DNA of 63,715 nt, filler included, from Octopus bimaculoides (lineage: Eukaryota), in NCBI RefSeq assembly GCF_001194135.2. It is 7 parts of 6 records of this genome, joined end to end, with 100 filler letters (N's around TTAATTAATTAA, not from the genome) between each part and the next. Parts side by side here need not be neighbours in the genome. Positions count along the whole stretch, not along the records: positions 3,761 to 29,580 come from NC_068989.1; positions 29,681 to 33,313 come from NC_068983.1; positions 33,414 to 45,503 come from NC_068986.1; 4 more parts are not named here. The stretch is one strand, 5' to 3'. The notes under the pieces were generated by a model. That model saw nothing but the letters and a program-made list of their open reading frames with translations. It was not told the origin of the DNA and searched no databases. Each line of letters opens with the position of its first letter. Within the stretch, counting starts at the first letter, position 1. A program made the position numbers and the translations under genes. Positions 24,023 through 38,045 of the stretch are shown piece by piece.

Positions 24023-26965
24023 GAAGAATTCACTCAGTTTCCACCTACAAAATTCACTCACATGGCATTGGTTGGTCCAGGGCTATAGCACAAGACACTT
24101 GCCCAAGGTGTTGCACAGTGGGACTGAACCCAAGATCAAGTGGTTGCTTTTCTTAACTGCACAGTCATATTTTTTTAATGATTTTTCAACTCATACAAGT
24201 AAAAGAATTTGGAGTTTGGAGCACTCAAATGTTTTATCTGAAAATTTATTAAGCCATTTGAAAAGTAAGCAGGCAACAAGTGACCAACTAGAAATAGCAG
24301 CCAAATCTGAATGGATTTAAAGAATTGCTAAATCAAAAAGGAAAATGTAAAATATGAACAGACATAATTCTTCCACTATTGAATACTTTTGAATGAATAT
24401 AATAATCTATTGAATTCTTTGAATGAATATAATAATTCAGCTTTATTAATATTTTTTTGATGAAAAATATATAACTTTTAGTTATGCAGTTTAAAAGCAT
24501 AACAAGGTTATGTGAAGGTGTTTGTTGTGGACAAAATCAAAGCAATGCTTATGCAGACTTTCCTCAAATTGTAACCATTTGAATCCAACTTGGTTGCCAA
24601 GGATTCATATTGATGGCTTTTTTTGAATTTTTGCTAGTTTAAAAATCTGACAAATGAAATGTAGCATGAATGCAAAGAGTAATTATTCATTTTTATTTCA
24701 TCATCCTCTTAAAGGCTTGTATGGAATGTGATAGTTCCAAGAGAAGAAAACAACAAAGTAACAGTGGAGATTTCTATTCATAATAGAAGAATGTGTGTTA
24801 AGAGGAAAGTAAAAATATGCCTGTGAAAATGTTGATTGTATTAGTGTTAGTGTAGATGCCTATTTTTGCAGCACAACATTCAAAGAGTTGCAGCTGTGAT
24901 GACTTTGTCAAAGACAAGAACTTATTGGCTGTTATAATTCACTATTTACAGCACTAAGTTCCTAACATTCAAACTTTCTGTCCCTCAAACTCTGTCTTTT
25001 CTCTTCAGATCTGGTCTCTTTTTATATACTACAGAATAAATCTGATTAGATGACATCACTAAGCAAAAATCCAGGACATGTTTATACATAATTTAATTGG
25101 TCATCTTTTTGTTGATATCATTATTCAGTCTGTCAAAATTCTGGTTGCTGTTTAAGAAGAATTTTCTGATTGAAAACCAGAAGGTCTGCTACTTGAATCA
25201 ATGTGTTGACTTGCTACGCTTGAATACCTCAACATACACTTGTAACATGCTCCAGAAAACTACAAGACTAATTAACCATAAGATGCTGATAATTTAGTGC
25301 AGCCAATCTGATCAGTTAACTTGAAATTATATTTGTTCAAAAATTTTCATCTTTCTCTGATATTGGGTTTTTAACACAATATGTCTATTTTTCTTTTAGA
25401 CAAAAATCCATAGCATCATGTCTTTAAACTATGTATATATATATATATATATATATAAACACACACATTAAGCAGGATACAAAGATGAGTAGTTTAATTT
25501 AATGTTGTTTCAATTGCCTGTACAGAATTTTTATTCAGCCCAGCAGCTATTTACAATATCAGTGAAGGTATTATTCAGTTTCTTATATATCAGATGAGAC
25601 AGATTTCATCTCAGCATGTGACAAGTAGATAGATATCATTGACAAGGCCAAAGAAGGCCAAAATGCATCAGACATTCTAGTAAACCACTGCTGGGACTAT
25701 TTTTCACCTTACTCTGATGTTTTAATACAACACATAGATAAGAAATTTCATTTCAGACAACAATACATAACATGACGCCAATCAACGGCATATCTACATT
25801 GAATATGATTCATAAATAGCTTTGGAAATGTTATGGCTTGTAGGACAAAGCAAATAGATAAAGAATGAAATCTTGATCATACAAGACTTTAGAAATGGTT
25901 GTTTTTAACTTTTCAGTATTTCATTTGCTTTTTTAATTAAATGTAGACATTTAATATCATAAAAATCAATTTGTTCAATATATGACACAGCATGCAGTGA
26001 AGATTTAAAGCATTTTCAGTAAAACTGAAGGGTGGTGGATATTGTGGGTTAGGGAGAACAAGTTGTTTTTCTTTAACTTTCTTACTTTACTCCCACATTT
26101 CTTATATATATATACATAATATGCATAAATGCATAACCATATATATATACATATGTATGTATATGCATACAACTGAATCAATTATTATTATTATTATTAT
26201 TATTAGGTGTAGTAGTGGAATTTAAATAATCAATCTAGCTTAAGGGTATTGTAGTTTTATAGGAATGAAAAGGTATATAAATGAGGAATACATATATANN
26301 NNNNNNNNNNNNNNNNNNNNNNNNNNNNNNNNNNNNNNNNNNNNNNNNNNNNNNNNNNNNNNNNNNNNNNNNNNNNNNNNNNNNNNNNNNNNNNNNNNNN
26401 NNNNNNNNNNNNNNNNNNNNNNNNNNNNNNNNNNNNNNNNNNNNNNNNNNNNNNNNNNNNNNNNNNNNNNNNNNNNNNNNNNNNNNNNNNNNNNNNNNNN
26501 NNNNNNNNNNNNNNNNNNNNNNNNNNNNNNNNNNNNNNNNNNNNNNNNNNNNNNNNNNNNNNNNNNNNNNNNNNNNNNNNNNNNNNNNNNNATATATATA
26601 TATATAAACATGCGATATGTTTTCTATTGAGGGCTTGAGATAAATGTCCACAATATGTGGGTTAGAGTTTATATTAATACTTGTGATATTAGTCGGTACT
26701 AAAAGTAATAAAATCCCTGGTATTAATCGAGATACTTTATTATTTTCCCCTACTTTTTGTTTATCGAGTTGCTGAAAACCTGTAGGAAGTGGGGAGTATT
26801 CAGTTCACTGAAGGGATGGAAGTTAAGTGGGGAACTATGACCTCTTGGCTGAAACAGCTGTAAGAAACTATTCTACTTTCTATGTTCTACGTTATATATT
26901 TTAATAATTACTGGTATTTTATATATGTAATGATTCACTATTTATGTGTGTGTGTGTGTAGACAA

Positions 26966-26998
<33 letters not shown>

Positions 26999-27080
26999 GA
27001 TATATACACACATATATATGCACACACGCACACATATATATATGTATATATGCATATATATACATATATACATACACAGA

Positions 27081-28259
27081 CATGACAGGAGTAAATAGAC
27101 ACCCCATAAAACATCGTTTTATGTTTATTCTAATTTGTAAAGGTTTATAGTTTTCATTAATTGACATTTTCATGTTTCGGGTTCTATATGTGATTGTTTA
27201 ATCAGGCCATGTACAAAAGAAGCATTGGAACTGTCTGAATTTCAAAGAGGCCTTATTTTGGGTCATTCTGAAGGTGGGCAGAGTCAGCATAAAATCGCAG
27301 AAAACCTTAGGATCCTGCCTCCTACAGTTAATAGAGTGATTGTGCAATTCACCAGAGAGGGGAAGGAGTCCACATCACCTCACCCAGATCAACCAGGGCC
27401 CTCTAACAGGACCCTTCTCTTTGCTAAGAGAAGTGTGGAGGATAATCCTCGTTGTAAGACCTCTGACATACTAGAACAAGTTGATGTCAGTCCCAGAACA
27501 CCTGTCAGGTATCTCCACAAACTTGGTTACTATGACAGAGCAGCAAGAAGGAAGCCACTTCTTCGACCAGCCAGTGGAGAAAAGACTGGGCCAGTGAGTC
27601 CAGATTTGCTGTATTTCCTGACAGTGGTCGAGTGTGGGTCTGGAGACTCTGTGATCAAGAATTTGGTGTGAAAAGATTGCAGCCAACAATGAAACATGGT
27701 AGGTATTCTGTGGTGGTCTGGAGAGCAATTTGGAGCAATGGTTGATCAGAGCAGGTGGAGTATGAAAGAAACATAAGCTCAGATAAATATTTGTCCGTAC
27801 TGCAGAGAGGACTCCTTCCAATCTTTTCCAGCGGTGAAATGATTAAAGAAGAGTCCTTATTTATGGAAGATGGGGCTCCTTGTCACACGGCTAAAATGAC
27901 CCAAGATTTGTTGAATGAAAATGGCATTAAAAAGCTTCTATGGCCAAGCTAGTCACCAGATATGAACCCTATTGAACACCTCTGAGATATAATGGACAGG
28001 ACACTTCATAAAAAGAACAAGAAAGCACTTTCAAAGTCAGATCTTTTGAGATTACTGCATAAAGCTTGGCAAGAAATTCTGACGAGTATTCGTCATCTGA
28101 TCAATAACATGCTTAATAGGGTCCTTGCACTGAAAAATGCAAAGGGCATGTCTACTGAATATTAAATATTCACATTATAACAATTAATAAATAATTTTAA
28201 TGTATAATTTCAGATCTAAATTTTAATGATTATAAGGGTGTCTATTTACTTCTGTCGTG
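27081..28259 (+). mobile_element. Tc1-family DNA transposon with both TIRs and an inactivated DD34E transposase
   Basis: TIRs catgacaggagtaaatagacaccc / gggtgtctatttacttctgtcgtg; protein pieces [28 protein letters not shown]...WPS*SPDMNPIE (34 residues from D to E); stops and frameshifts. Confidence 0.92.
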
Positions 28260-28612
28260 TGTGTGTGTGTGTGTGTGTGTACACATATATACATATTCAT
28301 ATATACATATACATTCATATATATNNNNNNNNNNNNNNNNNNNNNNNNNNNNNNNNNNNNNNNNNNNNNNNNNNNNNNNNNNNNNNNNNNNNNNNNNNNN
28401 NNNNNNNNNNNNNNNNNNNNNNNNNNNNNNNNNNNNNNNNNNNNNNNNATGATGGGCGTCTTTCAGTGACTGTCTACCAAATCCACTCGCAGGGTTATGG
28501 CAGAAGACTCTTGCCCACGGTATCATGCAGTGGGACTGAACACAAGACCAGACGATTGGGAAGCAAGCTTCTTAACAACACACCTACTAAATCCACTATA
28601 TGTGTGTATGCA

Positions 28613-28659
<47 letters not shown>

Positions 28660-28716
28660 ATGTGTGCATGCATGCATACTTGTGTGTGTGTGTGCATGCG
28701 TGCATGCATGCATACT

Positions 28717-28747
<31 letters not shown>

Positions 28748-29134
28748 GTGTGTAATATTTATTGGTTACTAGGAAATTATAAAATATAGCATGTTCTCCT
28801 TTTTATATAATTTTATATAATTTTATTATATTGGTTTCTAATCTTAAAAACTAATCAGAAAAATGAATTATTTGTATTCAGCATCACATATTCAATAAAT
28901 CGTCAGGAGATGGACGAAATAGGCTGAAGACTGTATTTGGCCTGCAGGCCACAGTTTGTCGACTTCAGGAGTAAATAAGAGAACAAATATATTTTACTTG
29001 TTTTACAAATCAATTCAATGGCATTAACATATACTAGCTGACTCCGGGTGTATTCCATAGTTTAATTAGAAACGAACTTCAAGTATAAATGACCAATATG
29101 ATGTTTTAAATGTTATATTTAAAAGTTCATAGCT

Positions 29135-29580
29135 ATTAGGTGAAGGCATGGCTGTGTGGTAAGAACTTTGCTTACCAACTGCATGGTTCTGGGTTCAGTT
29201 CCACTGTGTGGCACCATGTGCAAGTGCTTTTTACTACAGCCTTGGGCTGACCGAAGCCTTGTGAGTGGATTTGGTAGATGGAAACTGAAAGAAGCTTGTT
29301 ATATATATATATATATATACTCTCTTTTACTTGTTTTAGTCATTTGACTGCGGCCATGATGAAGCACCGCCTTTAGTCGAGCAAATCGACCCCAGGACTT
29401 ATTCTTTGTAAGCCTAGTACTTATTCTATCAGTCTCTTTTTGCCGAACCGCTAAGTTACGGGGACGTAAACATACCAGCATCGGTTGTCAAGCGATGGTG
29501 GGGGTACAAACACAGACACACATACATATACATATATACGACGGGCTTCTTTCAGTTTCCATCTACCAAATCCACTCACA
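29135..29580. mobile_element. SINE family A (+) head and a well-preserved A (-) copy
   Basis: Family motifs in opposite orientations. Confidence 0.85.
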
Positions 29581-30645
29581 NNNNNNNNNNNNNNNNNNNN
29601 NNNNNNNNNNNNNNNNNNNNNNNNTTAATTAATTAANNNNNNNNNNNNNNNNNNNNNNNNNNNNNNNNNNNNNNNNNNNNTATACATATATATATGCATA
29701 TTGAATAAAAACCCTGTTATGGTACCAACGTTTCAAATCTCACGATTTCTTTGGAAGGAGACAAAAGTAAATATACACTACCGACAAACATGTTGAAATC
29801 CTTTTTTTGTGTGTGTGTGTGTATGTGTATATTGCAGTTCTTTCTCATGGAGAATGTATGTATGGGGTTTGTGGAGGTATTTAGGTGTATATATATATAT
29901 GCGTGTATTTGGTGAATAAACTGACGAACGGAATTTGTTCCAATAGCTATTGTTCAGAAATCTGATCGTGCATGATCAGAAAGTTAATAAACTACCTTCA
30001 CTCCCAAATGTTTTATTAGTTACATAAAATATTCAACACACTACTTATTTATTAACTATTTCAATGCAAAAATTCCTATTTACTTCATCATCAACTAATT
30101 ATGTATATGTATACGTGTGTGCACACGTGTAGTGATTACAAATAAATTTTCCGCTGCACTCCTTCTTATTGACTCCAAATTATTCAATTATCTATTCACA
30201 CATTACACAAACTTGGCAGTGGGTATAATACTACTGTTGGATAGTACTGGGTGAAACCTCAAGGTGGACGAGTTTTATATTGTATCTTCTTAACAGAATA
30301 TAACCTAACTATATATATATATATAAATTGTAAATCCCCAAAATAACAACAACACTACAAAGGATTCCGCGGTACACGTGTTTCAAGCTTTATATGTGTA
30401 TAATATAATATGTATATATATATATATATATATATACANNNNNNNNNNNNNNNNNNNNNNNNNNNNNNNNNNNNNNNNNNNNNNNNNNNNNNNNNNNNNN
30501 NNNNNNNNNNNNNNNNNNNNNNNNNNNNNNNNNNNNNNNNNNNNNNNNNNNNNNNNNNNNNNNNNNNNNNNNNNNNNNNNNNNNNNNNNNNNNNNNNNNN
30601 NNNNNNNNNNNNNNNNNNNNNNNNNNNNNNNNNNNNNNNNNNNNN

Positions 30646-30680
<35 letters not shown>

Positions 30681-31562
30681 CATATATATATATATGTGTG
30701 TATATATATATAAAATTACTCTTCATTTATTGACTATGGGACAAAGAAATTCATTTAATAACTCCTTCGGTTTCGAACTGGGTATCATTGAACAACTAGC
30801 TAGATAAACCGAAGCATCTAATTCGACATAACGGTAAGTAATATCCGTGACAAGGTTTTTTCTCGTTTAATACAATCTCAGTTTTTATTGGGCAACTTAC
30901 CTGTTGTTGACTATAAAACCACCAAGAAACACATTGTAATATTATCACAGAAACTAATCACAAACCGAACGTTTAAACAGATGATTCAAAGCATTGGCTT
31001 TTGTGTTCATTCAGTAAATAATATGGTTAGCATGAGACCAATTAAATAGTATCAGTAATGAGTGGTTTGTAATCCCATAGATAGAAATCAAATGAAATTC
31101 CATTATTGAAGGACCAGTCAACGACCTCGTCAGTCAAGCTGGAGATTTACACAGAGAATGAAAAATGTACAAATCAACATGGTGGTGTAGTTATTTGTGT
31201 TGCTTGTTGAACTAAAGTAACATGGTATAAGATTACATTTACTTTATATAAAAGCTAATTTAAACCAAATAGATTTCCTTAGGAAGAAACAATGGACATT
31301 AGACATCAATAATCACTGACTTAATGGAAATTGCTTATTTTTCTTTCTTTTTGTTTCTAGTCACATCAGTTTAGATTTATAAGAGAAAACAAATAAAACG
31401 TTGTGAGGCTGATGAGCACAAATTCATTAACTGAAATTTAAAAACTTTCATAAATGTGGCTTAAATCTTAGTCTGTGACTTTGCCACTAAAACAAAAATA
31501 TCCAAACTATGTAATATCAGTTGACACAACGGATTACTCGCAAACAATATATTACTGGTACT

Positions 31563-32150
31563 AAGGCGGCGAGCTGGCAGAAACGTTAGCACGCCGAGTG
31601 AAATGCTTAGCGGTATTTCGTCTGCTGCTACGTTCTGAGTTCAAATTCCGCCGAGGTCGACTTTGCCTTTCATCCTTTCGGGATCGATAAATTAAGTACC
31701 AGTTACGCACTGGGGTCTATGTAATCGACTTAATCCTTTTGTCTGTCCTGGTTTACCCCCTCTATGTTTAACCCCTTGTGGGCAATAAAGAAATGCTTTG
31801 TCTTTACGTTCTGAGTTAAAATTCCGCTTAGGTCGACTTTGTCGTTCATCCTTTCGGGGTCGATAAATTAAGTAACAGTTGTGTACTGGAGTCGATTTAG
31901 TCGATTTGCCCCCTCCCCCAAAAATTTCGGGCCTTGTGCCTAGAGTAGAAAAGAATCTTCACTGCGCCGGATAAAATGCTTAGCGGCATTTTGTTCGTCT
32001 TTAGGTTCTCAGTTCAAGTTCCGCCGAGGCTGACTTTATCTTTCATCTCCACGGGGTTGATAAATTAAGTATCAGTTGAACTCTGGGGTCGATATAATTG
32101 ACAAGTCCCCTCCCACGAAACTGCTGTCTTGAATCAAAATTTTAAACTAG
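31563..32150 (+). mobile_element. Three tandem SINE family B copies (first intact, 31563-31795)
   Basis: aaggcggcgagctggcagaaacgttagc...gggcaataaagaaat, then two partial copies. Confidence 0.88.
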
Positions 32151-33258
32151 TATATTAGGAGCAAGTTAAGATGCCCTGAAAAAAGATTTCCTAAATAATA
32201 TTTCAATTATTTTTGAGGACTCGTGAGGCGTAGAATTCGTAAAACCGGTCACCCGGTTTCCATGGTGAGATCACAATGTCTCCCCCCTGAACAGGACGCC
32301 AGTCTGTTGGAGGGTTCAAGGCCAGTAGTTTCGAGTGGAGGGGACAAATCTGTTACGTCGTCCTCAGTACTTGACAGGTACTTTATTTAATCGACGCTGA
32401 AAGCATGAAGGGCAAAGTTGACCTCCGCAGGATTTGAACTAACACTGTAAAGAACTGGAAGAAATGCTGCAAATCACTTTTGTCTGACGTGCTAGCGACT
32501 CTGCCAGTTCACTGCCATAAATACACGTGGTGTGAATTAAAAAGGCAATACAGAGGCTCACTTTGGAATGATTTTCATTATAGGTTTACTAAATCAGGAT
32601 TAACCTGCAGCTAAACAACAACGAAACTAAATATTATGTGACACTCGACCATTTTTGGCCAACTCCGTATTTGCAATAACAACTAATTTTTCTCTTCTCA
32701 CAGTAATATTTACTATCTAAAAATACCACAGAGAACTCAATTATACATTGTAAGTCTGTTTCCATAATATAATATCTAAATATGATTCAGACATATTGTG
32801 AACGAATCCAGAATCGCTAAATCTTCTCCAATAATAACGCCAATATTTCTATGAAATCTATCCGGTGTGAGGTAAACACGGCTAACCATGAATATGTATA
32901 ACAGCGTTTATGCAGCATTTGAATAATAATACACACAATGGTGGCTCATAGTGTTATCCATTTCATCGGAACAGAACAGGAAGGTGTAGTAAAAAACTAA
33001 TAAGTGTCCACAGTTGTCCTCAAACCTTGATCTAATATATTTTGTATATTAAGTTTATAACTGGGCGAAAATAGATCGATATGATTGAACGCTGTTTTTG
33101 TAAATACTGGAATAGGAGTGCAAATTAGTACACAGCCACACACATAGGTAAACATATATGCATACATACAATTCTGTTTATATATATGTGTGTATATATA
33201 TATATTGCACATACACACGCTCAAACACACACTCACACACCCACACACACACCCACAC

Positions 33259-33313
<55 letters not shown>

Positions 33314-34369
33314 NNNNNNNNNNNNNNNNNNNNNNNNNNNNNNNNNNNNNNNNNNNNTTAATTAATTAANNNNNNNNNNNNNNNNNNNNNNNNNNNNNNN
33401 NNNNNNNNNNNNNTATATATATATATATATTTATTTATATATATATGTACATATGTATATATATATGTATATGTATGTGTGTGTATTTAGATGTGTACAC
33501 CCATGTATGTATATATTCCTATTCATTTATTATATACAAGCCTAAACATACGTACTTGCACATTAACATATACACATATGCGTATATCTTACGTTCGGAA
33601 ATGTTCTCTATCTGCTGGTCATGTGCTTTTATCTGCTGTGATATATAATATATATATGTACATTGGACTATATAGTAAATCCGAACTAATTGCCTTCGTT
33701 TGAAATCCATTTAACTACGCAAATGGGATAAAAAGAATAAACCCATTGCCGCACACAGACGCACAAACACTTACACAAACACAGAAGATTTTATATCTAT
33801 CTAAGTATATGTGTTTGTTTGGAGAATATGGAATTTTGGTGTTTTATCAAAGAAATTCCTGCTGGTCACACGGCCTCAGTTTTATGGTCAACAAGATACG
33901 TTATTGTGGAATATGTTGTTTCGTTGCTAGCAAATCACCATTTCTGATCAAACTGCCTTTACCTCCAATCAGCGTTTAATGGTTTGAAAGAGATGACCAC
34001 ATGCTCTGCGAATGACTTGGGTGTACGAATCTGTGTAAATAAGTAAATAAACAAGCCGGCCTGCTCCTTAACGCTTCCGCACCACACCCCATTCTGACTC
34101 CGTGTGTGTGTGTGTGTGTGTCTATATTTGTATAAAGGAGTGCATATATCTGTATGTGTGTGTGTGTGTATGTGTGAGTATGTATGCACATATGTACACG
34201 TCCGCACACATTATTATGTGTGTGTGATTAAATATATAGCATTTTATATGTATTGGTATATATATCTTNNNNNNNNNNNNNNNNNNNNNNNNNNNNNNNN
34301 NNNNNNNNNNNNNNNNNNNNNNNNNNNNNNNNNNNNNNNNNNNNNNNNNNNNNNNNNNNNNNNNNNNNT

Positions 34370-35861
34370 TAAGCTGCGGCCATGCTGGGGCACGTTAAAG
34401 CCTGCTACTTATTCTATCATTCTCTTTTGCCAACCTGCATCGTAACGGGGATGCAAACACGCCAACCCCGTTTCTTAACCGGTAGTGGATGACAAACATA
34501 GACACAGACATACACTCGCACGCGCACTGATGCACCTACACCCACACAAATATGTATACGACGGGCTTCGTTCAGTTTCCATCAAATCCTCCGACAGGGC
34601 TTAGTCGACCCGAGGCTATAGCTGAAGACACTTGCTCAAGGTGCCATGCAGTGGGACTGAACCCGGACGCATATGGTTGAGAAGCAAGCCTCTTACCACC
34701 TATATACAGCCACGCCTATACAAAAGTGTGTGTACGAGCGTGCGTGTGTTTCATACGTTAGGTTGGACAAAAATGAAAACAGGAAAAGAGCCTAGAGGCG
34801 AAAGATCTTTGTCAAACACTGATTGATTGAACAATTACTCAAAAAATCGATTAGTTGATTAGTTAAATGTAAACGAATTGGCTAGTAATAAGGAAATGAA
34901 ATGAAACCAGTGCGTGTGCTTGTCATTGGCATAATGACCCTCACAAGATGCAACAAAATTTATTACACATTTTCTTTAATTAATTATATGCAAATTAATT
35001 TTCTCTCTAAGCACTCTTTGTGTTAGTTAACATCTTTATCAACAGTAGAGCAACTGAAGTTATTAATAAAACATAGGTATGAGTTCAGTGAAGTTTGAAA
35101 CATTGTCACGTAGATTACCGTAACAAAACATGTTCGGAAACAGCAGACTTCAAATACTTATCACGTGTTACTCGTGGATCCTGTTGTATTTTTCACTTAA
35201 TCAGGCGCAGGAGTGTTTGGGTGGTAAGTTGCCCTCTTACCAGCCACATAGTTCCGGGTTCCGTCCTACTGCATGGCCCATTGGGCAAGTGTTTTCTACA
35301 ACAGCCTCGGTTCGACTAAAGCCTTGTGAGTGGATTTAGTAGACAGAAACTGACAGAAGCCCGTCATATATTTATATATATATATATATATATNNNNNNN
35401 NNNNNNNNNNNNNNNNNNNNNNNNNNNNNNNNNNNNNNNNNNNNNNNNNNNNNNNNNNNNNNNNNNNNNNNNNNNNNNNNNNNNNNNNNNNNNNNNNNNN
35501 NNNNNNNNNNNNNNNNNNNNNNNNNNNNNNNNNNNNNNNNNNNNNNNNNNNNNNNNNNNNNNNNNNNNNNNNNNNNNNNNNNNNNNNNNNNNNNNNNNNN
35601 NNNNNNNNNNNNNNNNNNNNNNNNNNNNNNNNNNNNNNNNNNNNNNNNNNNNNNNNNNNNNNNNNNNNNNNNNNNNNNNNNNNNNNNNNNNNNNNNNNNN
35701 NNNNNNNNNNNNNNNNNNNNNNNNNNNNNNNNNNNNNNNNNNNNNNNNNNNNNNNNNNNNNNNNNNNNNNNNNNNNNNNNNNNNNNNNNNNNNNNNNNNN
35801 NNNNNNNNNNNNNNNNNNNNNNNNNNNNNNNNNNNNNNNNNNNNNNNNNNNNNNNNNNNNN

Positions 35862-35912
<51 letters not shown>

Positions 35913-36120
35913 ATGTATGTGTGTGTATGTGTTTGTCCACCAGCATTGCATGACAACCGATGCTGATGTTCCCGTAACTTAGTGGTTCGGCAAAAGTGAC
36001 CGATAAAATAAGTGCTAGGTTTACAAAAAATAAGTCCTGGACTCGATTTGCTCGACCAAAGGCGGTGCTCCAGTATGGCCGCAACCGAATGACTGAAACA
36101 AATAAAAGAGTAAAAGAATA
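34370..36120. mobile_element. SINE family A copies: (-) 34370-34720 and (+) 35195-36120 (gap inside its microsatellite)
   Basis: Head and tail motifs. Confidence 0.8.
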
Positions 36121-36290
36121 ACCAGCTGAATATTTAATAGTAAAACGAGTTACCACATCAAAGTGGCAGTTGAATGTTACAACTAGTTTAACCCCAGGTG
36201 GATTCTCCACCAGCTGGTTTTCGGTGCAACGCTCTGCACCATGAATTAAGATCTATATGTACGATACATAGCTGTTATAGAAACGTTATT

Positions 36291-36496
36291 CAGTAATCTC
36301 TCGCCATATCGCGGTTCACCTATCGCGCTCTCAGTACATCGCGGATTTTTCTGGCTAATATATGTAAATTTATATCGTGGACTCTTCAGCTCATCACGGG
36401 TTTCTGCGGCCGATAGGAACTTATATGCTTTTAGATTTTAACTATTTCTGTGGGAGGTTTTGGAACGTAACGCCCGTGATAGTCGAAGGATTACTG
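36291..36496. mobile_element. Tigger/pogo-type MITE (~205 bp)
   Basis: Imperfect TIRs cagtaatctctcgccatatcgcg / cgtgatagtcgaaggattactg, followed by TA on the right. Confidence 0.6.
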
Positions 36497-37189
36497 TATA
36501 AACAAAGGCATCGGACCGTTTTCTTTAATTTCTGAATTCAAAACCCAAAGAGATCTACTTCATTCTTCGTACTCAGAGTAAATGCTATAACGAGTACCAG
36601 TCAAAATAACGGGGGCAATTTAATGGTCCGCGCTCTGTCCCAAAAACCTATTATATTGCGCCAGCATTACAAATCAATAATATTGTTATTCATAAAATTT
36701 TCACCTGGGACCCATCTATTTGAAATTGCCGTAATCTCCAGGTGTTTAATACTCTGTAAGTATTTATCCTGTGTTAATCATGCGAGTAACCAATCTTATC
36801 TTATCGTCTAAATATATCAGAGGAGGTGTAAGAGAGGGTACAGGTGGTGTTTTGTCTGAGTGAATAATTTAAAAGATCTACTATGGCGTTTCGTGCTGAT
36901 TAGTTTAAAAACCAGTCTAGACAAACTTCGAATTACTTAAGCCTGCCTCGATTCGAGGCCAGAAATTCCAGAATTGCTCCCGAAAGTGAAAAGAAAGATG
37001 CAATACACTGTCCGAAATAGTACACAACATTCTTCACTTGTAGATTTTTCACATAACTGATGCCCACAGATGTAAACAAATTGTTATTTGTTCTGTTCTT
37101 AAAACGGCTGCCTCTCTATAATTGCTGGTTTATTAGAAATAGCAGTCAAGTCTCGTTAAAATTATACTTTACTTTCTGAAAGAAACAAA

Positions 37190-38045
37190 ATGAAAGTTAC
37201 ATTTGATAGCGTAGTTCTAGATACACTGTTTCTGAATAAAAGACGAAATTGTCTTGCCAAAATTATAATTTAGCATCTAAATGAATAAAGTAAAAGTCAC
37301 GTTTGATAGTGTAATCCTAAATACACTATTTCAAAGAGGATACGGTCATACAAACATATACCCTAGTGTCGAAATAAAAAACACAAAACCACATTTGAGA
37401 ATGTAGTCCCTGATACATTATGTTTAAATAAAAGATGAAACAGTTTTGCTAAAATCATATTCTGGCATCAAAATAATAATATAAAAAAAACTAAAAGTCA
37501 CATTATGAGAATGTAGTCTTCGATACACAATGTCTGAATAATAGATAAAATAGGGTTGTTAAAATCATACACTAGGTGTCTGAATAAAAATAAAAGTCAC
37601 ATTTGCGAGTGTAGTCCTTGATACACTGTGTCTGAATAATACGGGAAACAGTCTTCTTAACATTATAATCTGGCATTTAGATATATAAAATGAAAGTCAC
37701 ATTTGAAAGTGTAGTCCGAGATACACTCTGTCTGAATAAAAGACGAAATGGTTTCACTAAAATTACACCCTAGCGTGAAGATTTAAAATTGACGTCACAT
37801 TAGATAGCGTAGTCCTAGATAAGCTATGTATGAATAATAATAAAAAAAAATCGGTATTGTTAAAATCATAGCGAATCTATCCGAATCAAAGATAGAAGTC
37901 ACATTAGACAATGTAGTCCTAGATGCATTATACTTGTATAAAAGACAAAATGACTTTGCTAACATCATGATGTATCTATCGTCTACAAAATTTCTAGAAT
38001 GTCACATTCGATAGCGTAGGCCTTGATACATTACGACTGAATATC
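37190..38045. repeat. Diverged ~100-bp tandem array, 9 units
   Basis: Core aagtcacatttga-agtgtagtcctagataca anchored near 37196, 37296, 37388, 37497, 37596, 37696, 37794, 37898 and 38001. Confidence 0.9.

Noticed and set aside
25594-25775. Possible pogo HTH remnant (DK*IDIIDKAKEGQNASDI)
   Set aside because: Only vague similarity over a short stretch, with a stop and no downstream DDE region
31405-31437. ctgatgag...gaaa hammerhead-like core
   Set aside because: No stem II or stem III pairing
36585-36830. Second mariner-like remnant (WVP motif, one TIR-like end)
   Set aside because: Could not find a matching second TIR or enough coding similarity to call it
37190-38045. CRISPR array
   Set aside because: Eukaryotic context, linkers homologous to each other, cores too diverged, no cas genes
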